From Oopsacas minuta (Eukaryota > Animalia > Porifera), in the NCBI GenBank assembly GCA_024704765.1, contig JAKMXF010000155.1:124001-188000 (forward strand): DNA of 64,000 nt, given 5' to 3'. Below are positions 38,940-51,207 of this stretch, piece by piece. A program made the position numbers and the translations under genes. The notes under the pieces are model-generated. The model was not told the origin of the DNA. It did no database searches and was given only the letters and a program-made list of their open reading frames with translations. Position 1 is the stretch's first letter; each line of letters begins with the position of its first letter.

Positions 38940-39226
38940 CAGTGCATCCTCGTAATCCGAACAGTACTGTTCCACTTCCAAATATTTCATTTCGATTTGA
39001 GAATGTATTGAAACATTACTATATGAATTATGATTACAGTTTTTCACAAGTTGTACAACGATGAAATGATTGCAAACATATGTAATATTGTAGTATGGAT
39101 TAGTTCGCTAGTAGGATTGGATACAATTAGATATTTTGAAAACTTTTGAACCTTTACCAAAAAACTGTTGTACAAACTTTCGGCTCTGTTCTGATTAACG
39201 ATGATCGGATTAGCGAGGGCCTACTG
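38940..39226. mobile_element. pogo/mariner-type MITE (287 bp)
   Basis: TA|CAGTGCATCCTCGTAATCCGA ... TCGGATTAGCGAGGGCCTACTG|TA. Confidence 0.65.
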
Positions 39227-39399
39227 TATCCTCAATCATTGGTGTCGTAAGTTGTCACGCACCCTGGTAGCCGGAAATGTCTGGAGGCTTAGAGGTCTAC
39301 CAAAAACTCCGGGAATTCACTGACCTTATCCTTGCGCTCGATAGACCTATATCTAGGCCGATGAATGTGATTTATTTTTATGAATACCGGAAGTCCTCA

Positions 39400-40260
39400 C
39401 CGTTCACGAGTTTGTTGTTCTCGGGCTCTGTAGATCATAGATTTACATAATTTTTCGTTGTTGTAAGTTATGCCTTTTTCTCAACTTTCCATGTCTAGTC
39501 ACGGTTGTTACCATCTGATTTGATGATATAAAACAAGTCGGATAGAGCACCAAGTTTGGTACTAAGTTGCACTCGTGTGTGCTTGAACCTTTTAGAAAGG
39601 AGCCACTTCATCGAGTTCAGGTTGTGATGGACACACTCAATGTTTTTCCCATTTTAGATGCATATAACTCATCCAGTTTAAATCGAAACGAATTATCGAT
39701 AGTCGTGATCAGTGAGATTTCACGTCGTTTGAGTGGTCGCTCGAATATGTTCGGAATATTTTTTCCATAGCAATACAAGAATGTCTTAGGAATGTAGCAA
39801 CATTCCATTTTCGAATTTTGTCCAAGCCCTATCGAGTTACCTCTTGTTCCACGCCGCTATGCTAGCCGAGTCTAGTGATACATATATCGACCTTCGAAAT
39901 GAATTTTCAATACGATATTTCTGGAATGACCACAGCGGTCCATCTATTTTCTTCATATTTCTTACATAATAATCCTGAATACATGATATTATCGTATGTT
40001 TTGTTAAGAAGACTTATCTACAAATTGATTCATTTATGGGTATGGTGTAGATCTCGTTAACTGGCCCAAATATTTATGTAAATGCCGAGAAAAAATTTTT
40101 ACCTTGAATAGTGTATCTTAACCAAATCTTACCATTTCTTCTTGAATAATTACTTGTTTACATGGCCATGAGCGATATTCTACAAAATAGGAAGTCGGTT
40201 GATTGCCCCCAACGGACACTTATGATCGTTAGAGACAATCAACGCCTACTGTAGAGAGTA
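39400..40260 (-). mobile_element. Possible very decayed Penelope-like retroelement fragment
   Basis: Minus-strand traces SVGGNQPTSYF (RT GV.MG...PT) and NLVPNLVLYPTC...VTTVTRH (GIY-YIG-like); many stops. Confidence 0.3.
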
Positions 40261-41412
40261 TCGTTTATCCCCATGCAAACGAGTTAACTTTCAAGATTAA
40301 ATAATCAGATGTAGATAAGATACACTATTCAAGTTAGCAATTTATTCGAATTTTAGCATAAGTATTTCGTCCAGTTACCATGATCTACACCATATAATGA
40401 ATGAATGAATTTATACTTATGTATTATTTTTACAAAACAGAGGATAACATCATATGTATATGCGTATTATGTAACAATATGAAGAAATGGACCACGGAGG
40501 TCGAGCTAGTAAATTGTATTTAAGGATTTTTAGAGGGTTGATATGAGCATAACTAGACACAGCTAGCCATGCGGCAACGAACAAGGGGTCACTAGATAGG
40601 GCATTGACAAATTTGGGAATCAAATGTTGCCACATTCCTGAGGCATTCGTGTTACTAGGGAGATAAATTCCCGAACATATTCAAGTGACCACTTGAATAT
40701 ACGGGAAATATTTACTGATTACGTAAATCTGGGTCCAAATTCGTTTCGATTCAAATTGGATGAGATAAATGCATTTATACACCTTCACAATGTATCCAAA
40801 GTTGCACATCTAACTGAGTGTGCCCATTACACATCCCTTCTTAATGTTTAAGCACTCCTAAGTGGCGGGTTTATATTATAGCAGAAATTTGAAGATTATT
40901 TATCTATGGTCCATCCAAATTCCATTCAATGGCCTTCTTTGGTGACACTGGAGATGCTTTGTCGCTTTTGGTTAGTAATCTCGGCACTTCGTGCCGGGGG
41001 TATTAAGAAATTCTGAAATTTATCGAAATTTGGATTTTTGTAAAGTCATGATGGCGTTATAATCCGATTATGAGTTAACTTTTGGTCAAAATGATGACTT
41101 CGTGACATTTGTCACATTGAGGGTACTTGATTTAAATTTCAAATTTCTATCATGTATATTGGCTGAGCAGCGGTTAATATTGTGATTTTTGAAAATCCAA
41201 TAAGGTGACAATGATGTCATAAATTCGTCATATGTGTGAATTTTCGTCCCAGACTCGAATTTTCCGAGCCAGGCCAAAATACCAGTGGGGTGCTGGGAGG
41301 TGCTCTAGCACCATCACGAGGGTGCTGACAATATTTCAAGGGATATCTTTGCCTTTTATTCTATTTAAGTTTAATAGCATAACCAATAAACTAGAATACG
41401 TAGGGTCTAAAG

Positions 41413-43862
41413 CAGGGTTGGGTTCAAGTACAATTGTACTTAAGTACACATTTTTGAGTACTTGTACTTGTATTTATGTACTTTTTCGTTTAATCCAATG
41501 TACTTGTACTTACATACTTTCCAAATGTACTTGAAATTTAAATTACTTTTCAAGTACATTTTCGAACTTCTACTATTAACTAGAATGGATGTTGGCTTTG
41601 TTGCCAATTTATTCATCAACACTATAGTTTCTATTGTTGATCTTTACATAGAGCTCACTAGAATATCATTGATTGGTGGTATATTTACTAAGCGAAGCAG
41701 TACAAACTTTGCTAAAAGTAACAAACAATGATAGGAATCAATCGTAAACACAATTAGGCTTCTTTTCATTACGTATATTCATTATATGGATATCTCACAT
41801 ATTATAAGTAACTAAGTATATCTGGAGATGGTTTCCGGGATGATTTTTGATATCTCTTCTTCAAACTCAATTATGGCTAGCAGAAAGCTTCCTGAAGTAT
41901 TAAAACACTTTGATATACCGGATAATTTAGATGGGAATTTCAAAGCGACATGCAAATATTGTCTGAAAGAAATTTCAGGTTGTTTAAAAGCAACACCCAA
42001 CTTCATTAAGCATATGAAACGAAATCACCATATTAAGTATGAAGAAACTCAACAGTTTCAAAGAACCAACGGAAGACAAACAACTGAAACTTAACCTACT
42101 AACCACTTCGAATAAAAAGTATCCTCATCAAAATTTACATCAACTTGAATTTACTGATGTACTTGTGAATTTTATTGCAGGGGATTTGTTCCCACTCTCA
42201 GTTGTTGAGAGTTCAAGATTTCAAAATTTTGTATACAAGTTGGACCATAAATACCAAGTGCCTACCAGAAAGCATCTTTCCACTAAACTGGTAGAGCGAA
42301 ACTATAGAAAGATCCACGAAATATTGCCAAAAAGGTTGAACAAGTTTCTAGTACTGCTCTGACTACTGACCTTTGGTCGAACAGACAGATGAAGAGTTAT
42401 ATAGGGATTACTGGTCACTTCATCTTGGACTGGAAAATACATTCCATAATGGTTGCATGCTACAGATTCTCAGGCAGACATTCTGCTTGCAACATATATG
42501 ACAAATTTCTGGAAATGATAGCTTCTTTTGAAATCAACAACAAAATTTCGACCATCATTACTGACAACGCGTACAATATGGTAAATGCATTCAGTTTACC
42601 TGGGTTGGACACTACAGCAGGAATCCGATCAAAGTAACAGTGAAGATGACATTGAAAACTACGGTGATCCAATTTTTGAATTAGAAGATGATGCCCTTGC
42701 TTTACTCCCTCTAGTTCGCAGCTCTTGCTTTGCATATACACTTCAACTTGTAGTAAAGGATGGCCTTAACAAAGCTAATATTTTTTCGAAGGTTATTTCG
42801 AAGGTATCTACAATCGTATCACATGTACCCAAGTCAACTGTTGCCACAGATGTACTGATTGGTGAGAATAGGTTACAGTCAAGCGGCCCTACTCGTTGTA
42901 ACTCACAACTATTAATGATTAAGTCAATCCTTAAAGTTGATCAAGATAAATTAAACGCCCTTTACACTACCAAGTTAGCAGCATATGAACGAAACACACT
43001 GAGAGATTTTGTGGAAATCCTATCCCCTTTTGAGGAAGCGACCGATATTGCCCAAATTGAGAACAGAGTATCTTCAAGCTTAGTCATCTCATGTAAAAGA
43101 GGTATAAGGGGTCAACTGTCAACACTTCGAATGAAATATTCTAACGCCTTAATAAAAGAACTAGCAGAATCAGTTGAACGTCGACTTACCATTTATGAAT
43201 CCGAAGATACATACACGACAGCTAGTATATTAGACCCGCGTTTTAAACTGAAGTGATGCCAAGATGGCAATGAAAGAAACCATCACAAAAGTGAACTATT
43301 GTCCAAGATGTACAAAATTGAAAACGACAACTCAAACCGCCCAGTGGTAGTAGAGTGTGAAAGTAAACAACCAAAATCAAAAAGAACTAAATTGTTTTCG
43401 TTTATGGATTCGGATGAAGAAGACACAGGAAACATGTACACGGATGAATCACAGCTTAGAGAATATTTACTCAAACCAACTATTCCAGGAAACTCTAATC
43501 CACTTGCGTTCTGGAAAGATCATGCAGATACATACCCAAAACTCGCCATATTAGCCATGAAACATCTAGCAGTTCCAGTGTCGTCTGCTCCTGTTGAACA
43601 CCTTTACAGTATCGCTGGAAGGTATTTCGTCCAGATAGATGCAATCTTTCTGACAAAACTTTTGAAATGTTGTGTTTGAACGTAGAGAACTAATTATCGT
43701 CTATCAGCAATATTAATTCCCATTAAAGTTCAAAAGTACTTAATATTGTACTTAAGTACTTTCCGAAAGTTCTTGTAATTGTACTTAAGTACTTTCATTT
43801 CAATTGTAATTTGACTTGTACTTGTACTTAAGTACTTTCAAAAGTACTTGAATCCAACCCTG
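41413..43862 (+). mobile_element. hAT transposon, Ac/Tol2-like (BED finger, ZBED1/4-like), inactivated
   Basis: TIRs CAGGGTTGGGTTCAAGTAC / GTACTTGAATCCAACCCTG; perfect TSD GTCTAAAG (41405-41412, 43863-43870). BED finger ATCKYC..FIKHMKRNH, TTDLWS, ITDNAYNM, CFAYTLQL, ILDPRFK and AFWK..YPKLA..LAVPVSSAPVE. Confidence 0.95.
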
Positions 43863-44519
43863 GTCTAAAGTATGTGTTATTAATTAATATCATTAATTAT
43901 AACTAGCAAGTATTCCATCAACATAGGTTATTTTAATTGAATCTTTCGACATTTTTACGAAAACTTTTCCATAAAAACATCGTAACCCACATTTCGATCT
44001 GTGAGAGCCATTAACCCCAACCCTGATAGCCTCTGCTCTAACATTGAATTTCTTAACCACGTTTTACTCGACAGAGGGAGCTGAAACTCCTTTCACACGT
44101 GCTGTAGTGATCGGAAGAACCAATGATATTCGAATAAGTTTGTATAAGATAAGAAGTGATTCGGCATTATCTGATAGAATCTGATGCATCTTCCAGCGAC
44201 TTTCCGGTACCTTTCTGCTTTCTTTTCGCGATTGTCAAGCATGTTAGGAAGGTACATTCATGTCATTCCCTTTTCATGAACATCATAGTGCCTGGAGAAT
44301 TTTGTGAAGCTCTCAACAGATAAGAATGTGCATTTATTACGATCTTTGGGGTTGAACAAATTGATCCCTGCATGAAGTCCATGGGCTCGATTGAAAATTT
44401 TCTTTGTAATTCCTCCAGGATGATTTTCAAACATGGTATAAAAAAGTGTTCGCGCAATTCAGGCTTGGTTTCGGCAACAACTGGCGTGGTAGCGTTCACA
44501 CGGCGACGGCGTCTCGCCA

Positions 44520-47459
44520 CACAATGGCACGACAGGTGGAAATTGCGAAATATTTGATAGTGATATTTTGATATCTAATTAATCCTATCTTATTCAGCAT
44601 ACTCGGAAACCCAGAAATACAGCATATAATGATATTTGATAGTTTTACTTTTGAACAATAGTTATTTCTAGATGAGTAACTTCAACATGATGAAACACAA
44701 AAATCAAGGTTTCTCAAAGTAGCCAAAGGAATTTGACACATATTCTTGTTTTAGTTATGTATATGAAAATTGTAGCCTATCATATTGAAGTACTTTAAGT
44801 GGCCATTATAATGAAATACATGACTACTAAATTATAATATTAGCTTTTAGAATATACTAGGTAGAAATTCCAAATAATTTTGGTGAATTTATGTTTGGTC
44901 AATTGAGTTTGAAATGCCACAACTATCTTTGCCTGTTGTTGCCCGTTGCAAATTGGATTGTATTTTGAAGAAAGTTATATTTAAAACAAAATAAACTTAG
45001 TTCTAGCCTGGCGCAACTTGGCGCTAATTGAGTTTTGTAACTATTTCTACTGGTCGTCCCGTAATTTACAGCCCTTTTTGTTTGCAACAAATTTTATCTT
45101 ATGGTTGATTATTATTTAGTTTCGATTTTACTTCGTCCTAATGAACAACAAAGAAGCCTTCAATTTCTATATGTCCAACTCGGAGAAAGCGTTTAGTACG
45201 ATTGCTCGTGAGTTTATTGCTAAATATAATCTTGGAGAGTCCAATTGTGACCTTTTCCGCCGAAAATTTTCAAATATTAAGTCTGAAAGAAAAATATATT
45301 TGAAAGAGAAGGACTTAGCAACTTGGGATGAATTGTTCTTTTGTAGGGATCCTCAAATGGATGACATTCCACAGTCTTCAAATGAAGATAGACCCTCCAA
45401 GGAATCTATTAATTGTATTCGAGGAAGACTTTAGTCGAGTATCTCGGAAGCACATCAGCGAATTAAGTCATAAAGGTATGCGATATCGATTAGCCAACCT
45501 GAGATTACATCTGGAAGCTGTCGCACAGCGGGAAGAAGTTTCACCTAAGATGATTTCTAGCTACTTACTGTTGTTGTATTCACAGGAGGAGCATGATGTT
45601 AGCACCGCTAATATCAGCAAAAATGTAATTGCCGGGAGTCATGGATTAGGAAATTTCAACAGGAAACTCTCTTTAGATTCGTCTTGCTTCTTACTAGACT
45701 CATTAGAAATTGGGAAGTCAAAAATACATCGACCTAAGACATATATTAATTAATGAGGATATCACTCTTCCTGGTTACAATAGAGTCGCAATCCATCGTA
45801 GTCAAATTTGCCTAATTGATGAGATGGATATAGTGGAAAGAGAATATCCGGTTGGCATTGGCATTTCCTATCACAGATTACTCACTCACACAGTGAATAG
45901 GATAATATTCACAAATACTCCCATCAACAGTGATGACCAACTACTTAAGATTCGGATATCGATGGGTTAGATGGGTCAGGTTCCCACCGCTTTTATCAAC
46001 AAGCAACTTCCCGTCCCGATTTAACAGCCAAGAACTTTCTATTATTTGGATTTAAGGTGCTGTCTATCACCAATCACCAAGGATAATTCCTCTGGAAGAA
46101 CTCTATTCCGAATTCTTCATTCTCGATAAGGCCAATAACCATACTTGCTCTTCAAGAAAATCTAGAAAATGTAGGCTTTCTTATGTTGACAATGGTCAAC
46201 AAGGAGACTGAGTACATCGAAAATAATGGTCTAAATTTGATTAATGATATCACTGCTAGTGTGCAAATTTTGCGTTCGCAAATTGATGGAAAAATGGCTC
46301 AAATTTTGAGTGGTGCAGGAAGAGCTTGTTGTCAGTTTTGCACAACTACATTCGAGCAGATGCACGATTTAACTTTTGTCCAGGATGGCTTTCCCATCAA
46401 CAGGTTTATCAGTGATGCAAAGATCATATTTGAAGAAGTTGATGAAGAGCGATTTCTCTCACTAAGTTCTAACGAAAGGTTTAATCTTACGCATGCACCT
46501 TTATCTGATATTGACATAATCCCAGGTTCACCTTTACACTCATACCTTACGTGTTCCAGTTGGTTTATGTCTCTGGTAAGCCATCTAACTGCTGGAGCAA
46601 CTAAATGGTCACCAACTTCTACTAAAGTCCAATACACCAAGAGTTTTATTTGCGGTTTGTTAAAAGAAAAGTTGAATTTGATGATTGATTGTGCTTCTTC
46701 ACAAGGTGGAACTTCTACAACAGGAAATGTTGTGAGACGATGCTTAGTGAGGAAAGATGATAGTGAGAGAGACTTCCTATACTGGAATTTGACAGTATTA
46801 CCATCAAATTGCAAACAAGTGATCACTGATATCCACATCTACCTTGGAGCCATCCTACGGGTATATAATTCTAATAGAAGAATACACACAGACGAACTCT
46901 CATTGGTATGTTGCGCACTTTGTCAGCTGATTGCGACGAAATTTTCTGGGCTAACATAACCCCTACAATGTACAAACTGTTAGCTCATGCAGCAAGCATT
47001 ATTTCTGATTATAATGATGGTTATGGACTGGAACAGTTATCAGAGGAAGGTCTGGAGTCAAGCAATAAGTTACTCAGAAGATTTAGAGAACGTTTGTCGA
47101 GGAAGTTTTCCTTTGAAGAAAACTTAAAAGATGTTTTCTCAAGGATCATCTGCCAAAGTGATCCGATTCTTCTACTAAACAAAAAGATGCGGAAAAGTAC
47201 CTCAAGTAACAGCGATACTCTTAGTTAACAAGATCTTATTGTAAATTCCCTCATAATAGAGGATGATTAAGTATATTTCTAAAAACTATATTGACATTCC
47301 AATGACGTCATAACTCGTGATTTCCGAAGCCGTATATAAATTCTGATAGTGTAAATCTGTTGTATAGGGTAGATAACCTATACGTCAATAATACATCATA
47401 CATGCATATCTGTTACATAAATTGCTACTTCCACCAAACTGTCATTTCGTGCCACTATG
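44520..47459 (+). mobile_element. Transib/RAG1-like DNA transposon (2940 bp)
   Basis: Ends CACAATGGCACGA (left) and CATAGTGGCACGA (right, read inward); flanks CGCCA / CTCCA (5-bp TSD, 4/5); contains a RAG1-core-like transposase. Confidence 0.88.
45141..47228 (+). pseudogene. RAG1-core-like (Transib) transposase, ~690 codons, several frameshifts
   Basis: GR(P)RKHISELSHKGMRYRL (NBD), KYIDLRHIL, MG(L)DGSGSH (D600-like), SQIDGKM..LSGAGRACCQFC (D708-like and zinc Cys), SPLHSYL, STTGNVVRR, ITPTMYKLLAH, LSEEGLESSNKLLRRFR (E962-like) and DVFSRIICQSDP. Confidence 0.9.
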
Positions 47460-48761
47460 CTCCAGAGGCTCCGTAAATCAAGTTCCGCCAGCAGGCTTTG
47501 AATCTTCTCCCCGAGATTTCCCATATACTTTCTACTTCGAGCTTTCCCTTTATATCTGACTGTAAGGTATGGATCAACTCTACAGCCTGTGATAAATCCT
47601 TGTCGGGGCCCTGAAGAACATCTGTAATATAAGAATAGCTTTGCAGAGAATATATTCAAATAATATAAGACATTCAGAGAATTCTGTATTTAGACGCTTT
47701 AAAAGACAATCGGCTATTGTGTGTCTCTCAGTTGAGAAGTGGTTCTCCTCGAATTGTTCCAGTGTATCAATGAGCGGTCCCGTGGTTTTTAAAACAGTAT
47801 TGATACCGTGCCACTGACAGGCCCATCTCGTTACAGATTTGTCTCTTTAACTCTCTGCTTGGAAAACCGGGATGCATTTCGTTTTGTAGTTCCATAAAAT
47901 TTGATATGGAATCGAAGAGGAATAATCACGTATAGATCTTGAAGGAGGGCAAAGAATCGAGCTGCAGCCGGCACACCGGAACAACAGTTCACAATAACTA
48001 GATTGTGGCGATTGCAATAACAGTTGACGTAGATCGCATGTGGTACGGCCTGCCGAAACAGAGACTGGACACCACGACAACTTCCAGATATCACACTCGC
48101 ATCATCATCCCCTTGACCGGCTTTATTCTGAATATCAACACCTAATTCGTGTAGAATCTTGATAACCTGGTGGCATAGCTTCACAGCCTCAGCCAGTTTG
48201 TCTCCCAAAAGCAAATAATATTTTCTCTTGGCGAACCAACCTTTAAGTAGCGAAGACATACGCTTAGCTATTCAATTTTCGCTGCATCTCGGGACTCATC
48301 TACAAGAATGGAAAACCATTTTGAAAATTGGGCATTTTTCAAAATATCTTTCCTTATTAACGAGACTAACGTTTGATAATTTCGTTTTGGGTGTCATGGT
48401 ATGTATATCGAGCATACTTGGACCCTTAATTTTGTACGAACAATACTGTCTTCTTGGAAATGAACATCAGAATCTCGAGAAAGTTGCCACGATTCCTTTC
48501 ACTGTCTGGCTCACGATGTCCACGGAGGACTAGGTCCTGTCGAGCACATAGCTCCACTACCTTAGCAACAGTTCGCATAGAGTACCTATCAGTAATAGGT
48601 TGGATTCATGAATAGAATTGGAATTTATGTTTCAAGCTCCATTCCCATTCAGAATGGGAACTCCATATAAAGTAAAATCGTGAATATTTCGTAATTGGTA
48701 TGAGTTAGGTATGACAAATGTATAATTATCTTGTAGTCTCTTAGTTTAGCAGAATATTAGC

Positions 48762-50253
48762 GTGCCAAAGCGTTGTGCAGCTTACAATTGTCGAGGTAAT
48801 TATATAGGTGAACCTTATACTCCAGTTGTAAGTTTTCCTACCAATGATGATGAACGGAAGAAGATGGATTGAGGCAGTGCCAAATGATCCCGGTAGTCTC
48901 ACGGATCGAAAAGAAAACTTTGTATGTGGATCACATTTGAATGCAAATGGGTCACTGTTAGAGGTGGAAAGCGGCCGATTGGACTTCCTATCTATTTTAA
49001 GGGAGTAGCAAAATCCTGCCTGAAGCAAACTTGACATATCCAAGGCCAGCAAAGAAGGCTTCCTCCGAAGTATGTGAAAAATTGCAAAAGGAATATCTAG
49101 ACGAATTAGATAGGATTGATAAATTTTCATCTTTTACAAACGAGGCAGCAGCACGTTATACCTCATTCAGTCTCAGAAGCAAATGCAGGGAGTTGACAAT
49201 GTTTAAGTTGGATGAGCTTGGAAGAAAGGTTGTTCAATTTATCTCTTTCAAGGAAATTGAATCACTTTTTGTTTTCTTGCACTTGGTGGAGGCAGAGAAA
49301 GATGGCTACGCGATTCCCAAACCTTATTTCAGTCTACAGAAGAATAACTTTCTTCATAGATGGTCTCAAGTTGATGAAATACTTTCTACTGTGGAGAATT
49401 ATCAAGCGTCTAATTCTGATCATTTGGCTAAAGTCATGTAAGAGTAAAACAAATGACATCGGAAGTAGAAGAATGTCCGCAATTTCAGTTCCTGGGACGC
49501 AACTTGACAACCTCTTGACACCCTACAACAAAATCCGCTACACAAAGCATCTGCTTATTCTCGCGGGAGAACTTCTACGTATCTCTCCAGTAGCATACAG
49601 GATGTTAAGAAATTCAGGAACTATAATCCTTCCTTGGGAGAGATTACTTCGAGATATGATTACGCGCAGCTTTCAGAACAACGAATTGCCTCGCATATTT
49701 GAAGTTCTCAAATCAGAGCAACGTTTAGTCAACATTTTGTTCGATAAAGTAAAGCTAATTAAAAACAAGTCGCTTCAGTGCAGGTCACATAATTGGCCAT
49801 GCCAATAATGCACTCAGTGAACAAGCCACCTCAGCCCTTTGTACCGAAGTTGTTTATCATCAAGGAGGGCCACGTTTAGTATTTGATATCCATCCAGTGA
49901 AGGACATAAATTCAGCGGATCTCCAAATAATTTTGCTGGAAATTATGGAAGTCATGAAAAAGAGTGGTTTGAGACCAATACCCTTTATCTGTGATCACTT
50001 CCCGATAAATAAAGGAATATATAAATTTCTTGGTGGTCCAGGGAGAGTGGTGTTGGATGGAATTGAAGTATTTCTCCTCCATGATTTCGTACTCATCATA
50101 AAGAATTTGCGAAACAATTGGATAACAGATAAACTTCAAAAGTTATCATTCGTGGAGGACGGTATAGAATACACCGCATGTTGGAAAGATACTCAAGCAC
50201 TTTATGTAGAGGACAAAAAAAGCCCACTACGACTCACAAAGCTTAGACCATAG
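48762..50253 (+). mobile_element. P-element/THAP9-like transposase remnant, 3' truncated
   Basis: THAP domain PKRCAAYNC...SFP..W...FVCGSH; then SPVAYRMLRNSG.IILP, LFDKVKL, ICDHFPINK and FLLHDFV.IIKNLRNNW. Confidence 0.8.
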
Positions 50254-50725
50254 CATTCTATATACTAAGGCAATGGCACTCTATTGAAATTTTGGATCAT
50301 GGATGTCATTACCTTCGACTTTCAAAGTATAATGTATTATCTATAGGTATGATTCTACTGCGCTCCTAGTTAATTATTAATCATCAGTTTAAATGATTTA
50401 CTACACTCGGTCTGATTTATTTAATATTAGAATATTAAAAGTCAACATAATAGATTTTAATAAGTCAAACCATATATTTAACAGTACAATACGTATATGT
50501 AGTATACAACAAATAACATAATACTTCGTTTTTATTGTTAATTGGTGTATATTAGCTATCGGGTCGTCTGGCTTGTCCGTATTAATTGTAGTTTGGTTAG
50601 GTAGCCATGTGGTACTTTTTCGTCATTGGCTGAACTTGTAAAATAGTTCTTAGCCCTGATTTGAGGTTATTTTATTCCTGGGGTAGCCGGGGGCTAAAGC
50701 AATAATAGTAGAATCTATCCTATAC

Positions 50726-51135
50726 CAGTCAAGTGCGCGTAATCAGGACTACCTGATGCCTCAAATGTATACTGGTTTCCCGCATCCGGATTACACGTAT
50801 TTGGCCCTACAATCCGAATAATGTTGTAGAAAGATTACCAGCGTTTATAAAGCTGCAAATTAAGTCTAAAATAGGAATAGTTATTTGTCGTATTTTCTGC
50901 ATTTCAAAATATAAAACCTCGTTTGCCTAGTTTTCCGGAAATTGATAACAGTTAGATTTTTAAAAGATGAATAATTATATTCTAAAATTATGAATAATCT
51001 GGATTAAGCGCAAAAATAGGAATTAACTAAATAAAAGTTCCGGATTACGAGCCCTTACTAACATACAAACTACATCATTTCAAAATAGGACATAAAAAAT
51101 CCGGATTTCGCGTATCCAGATTAACACACTTGACT
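50726..51135. mobile_element. pogo/mariner-type MITE
   Basis: CAGTCAAGTGCGCGTAATC is inverted relative to GATTAACACACTTGACTA, with TA flanks and internal repeated (C/T)GGATTA motifs. Confidence 0.6.
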
Positions 51136-51207
51136 ATATTTCAAATATATATACATATCAGTTTTGTTTGTGTATTAACCTACTTGACTAATAGTCATTT
51201 ACACTAC

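Larger units (their letters stand above)
43950..48560 (-). mobile_element. ZMYM1-like hAT remnant hosting the Transib insertion
   Basis: AGQGDDDASVISG..GVQ..AIYVNCYCNRHNLVI (47831-48259); EPL|ARRRRRV joined across the insertion; LVLPITTA.CERSFSSL.RVKTWLRNSMLEQRLSGL near 44.0-44.1 kb. Confidence 0.8.

Noticed and set aside
40668-40707. Short palindrome ATATTCAAGTG-AC-CACTTGAATAT as a terminator
   Set aside because: Eukaryotic DNA with no U-tract and no associated gene
46332-46838. 168-aa minus-strand ORF inside the Transib element as a second gene
   Set aside because: Entirely antisense to the transposase core and lacking kelch or PHD features
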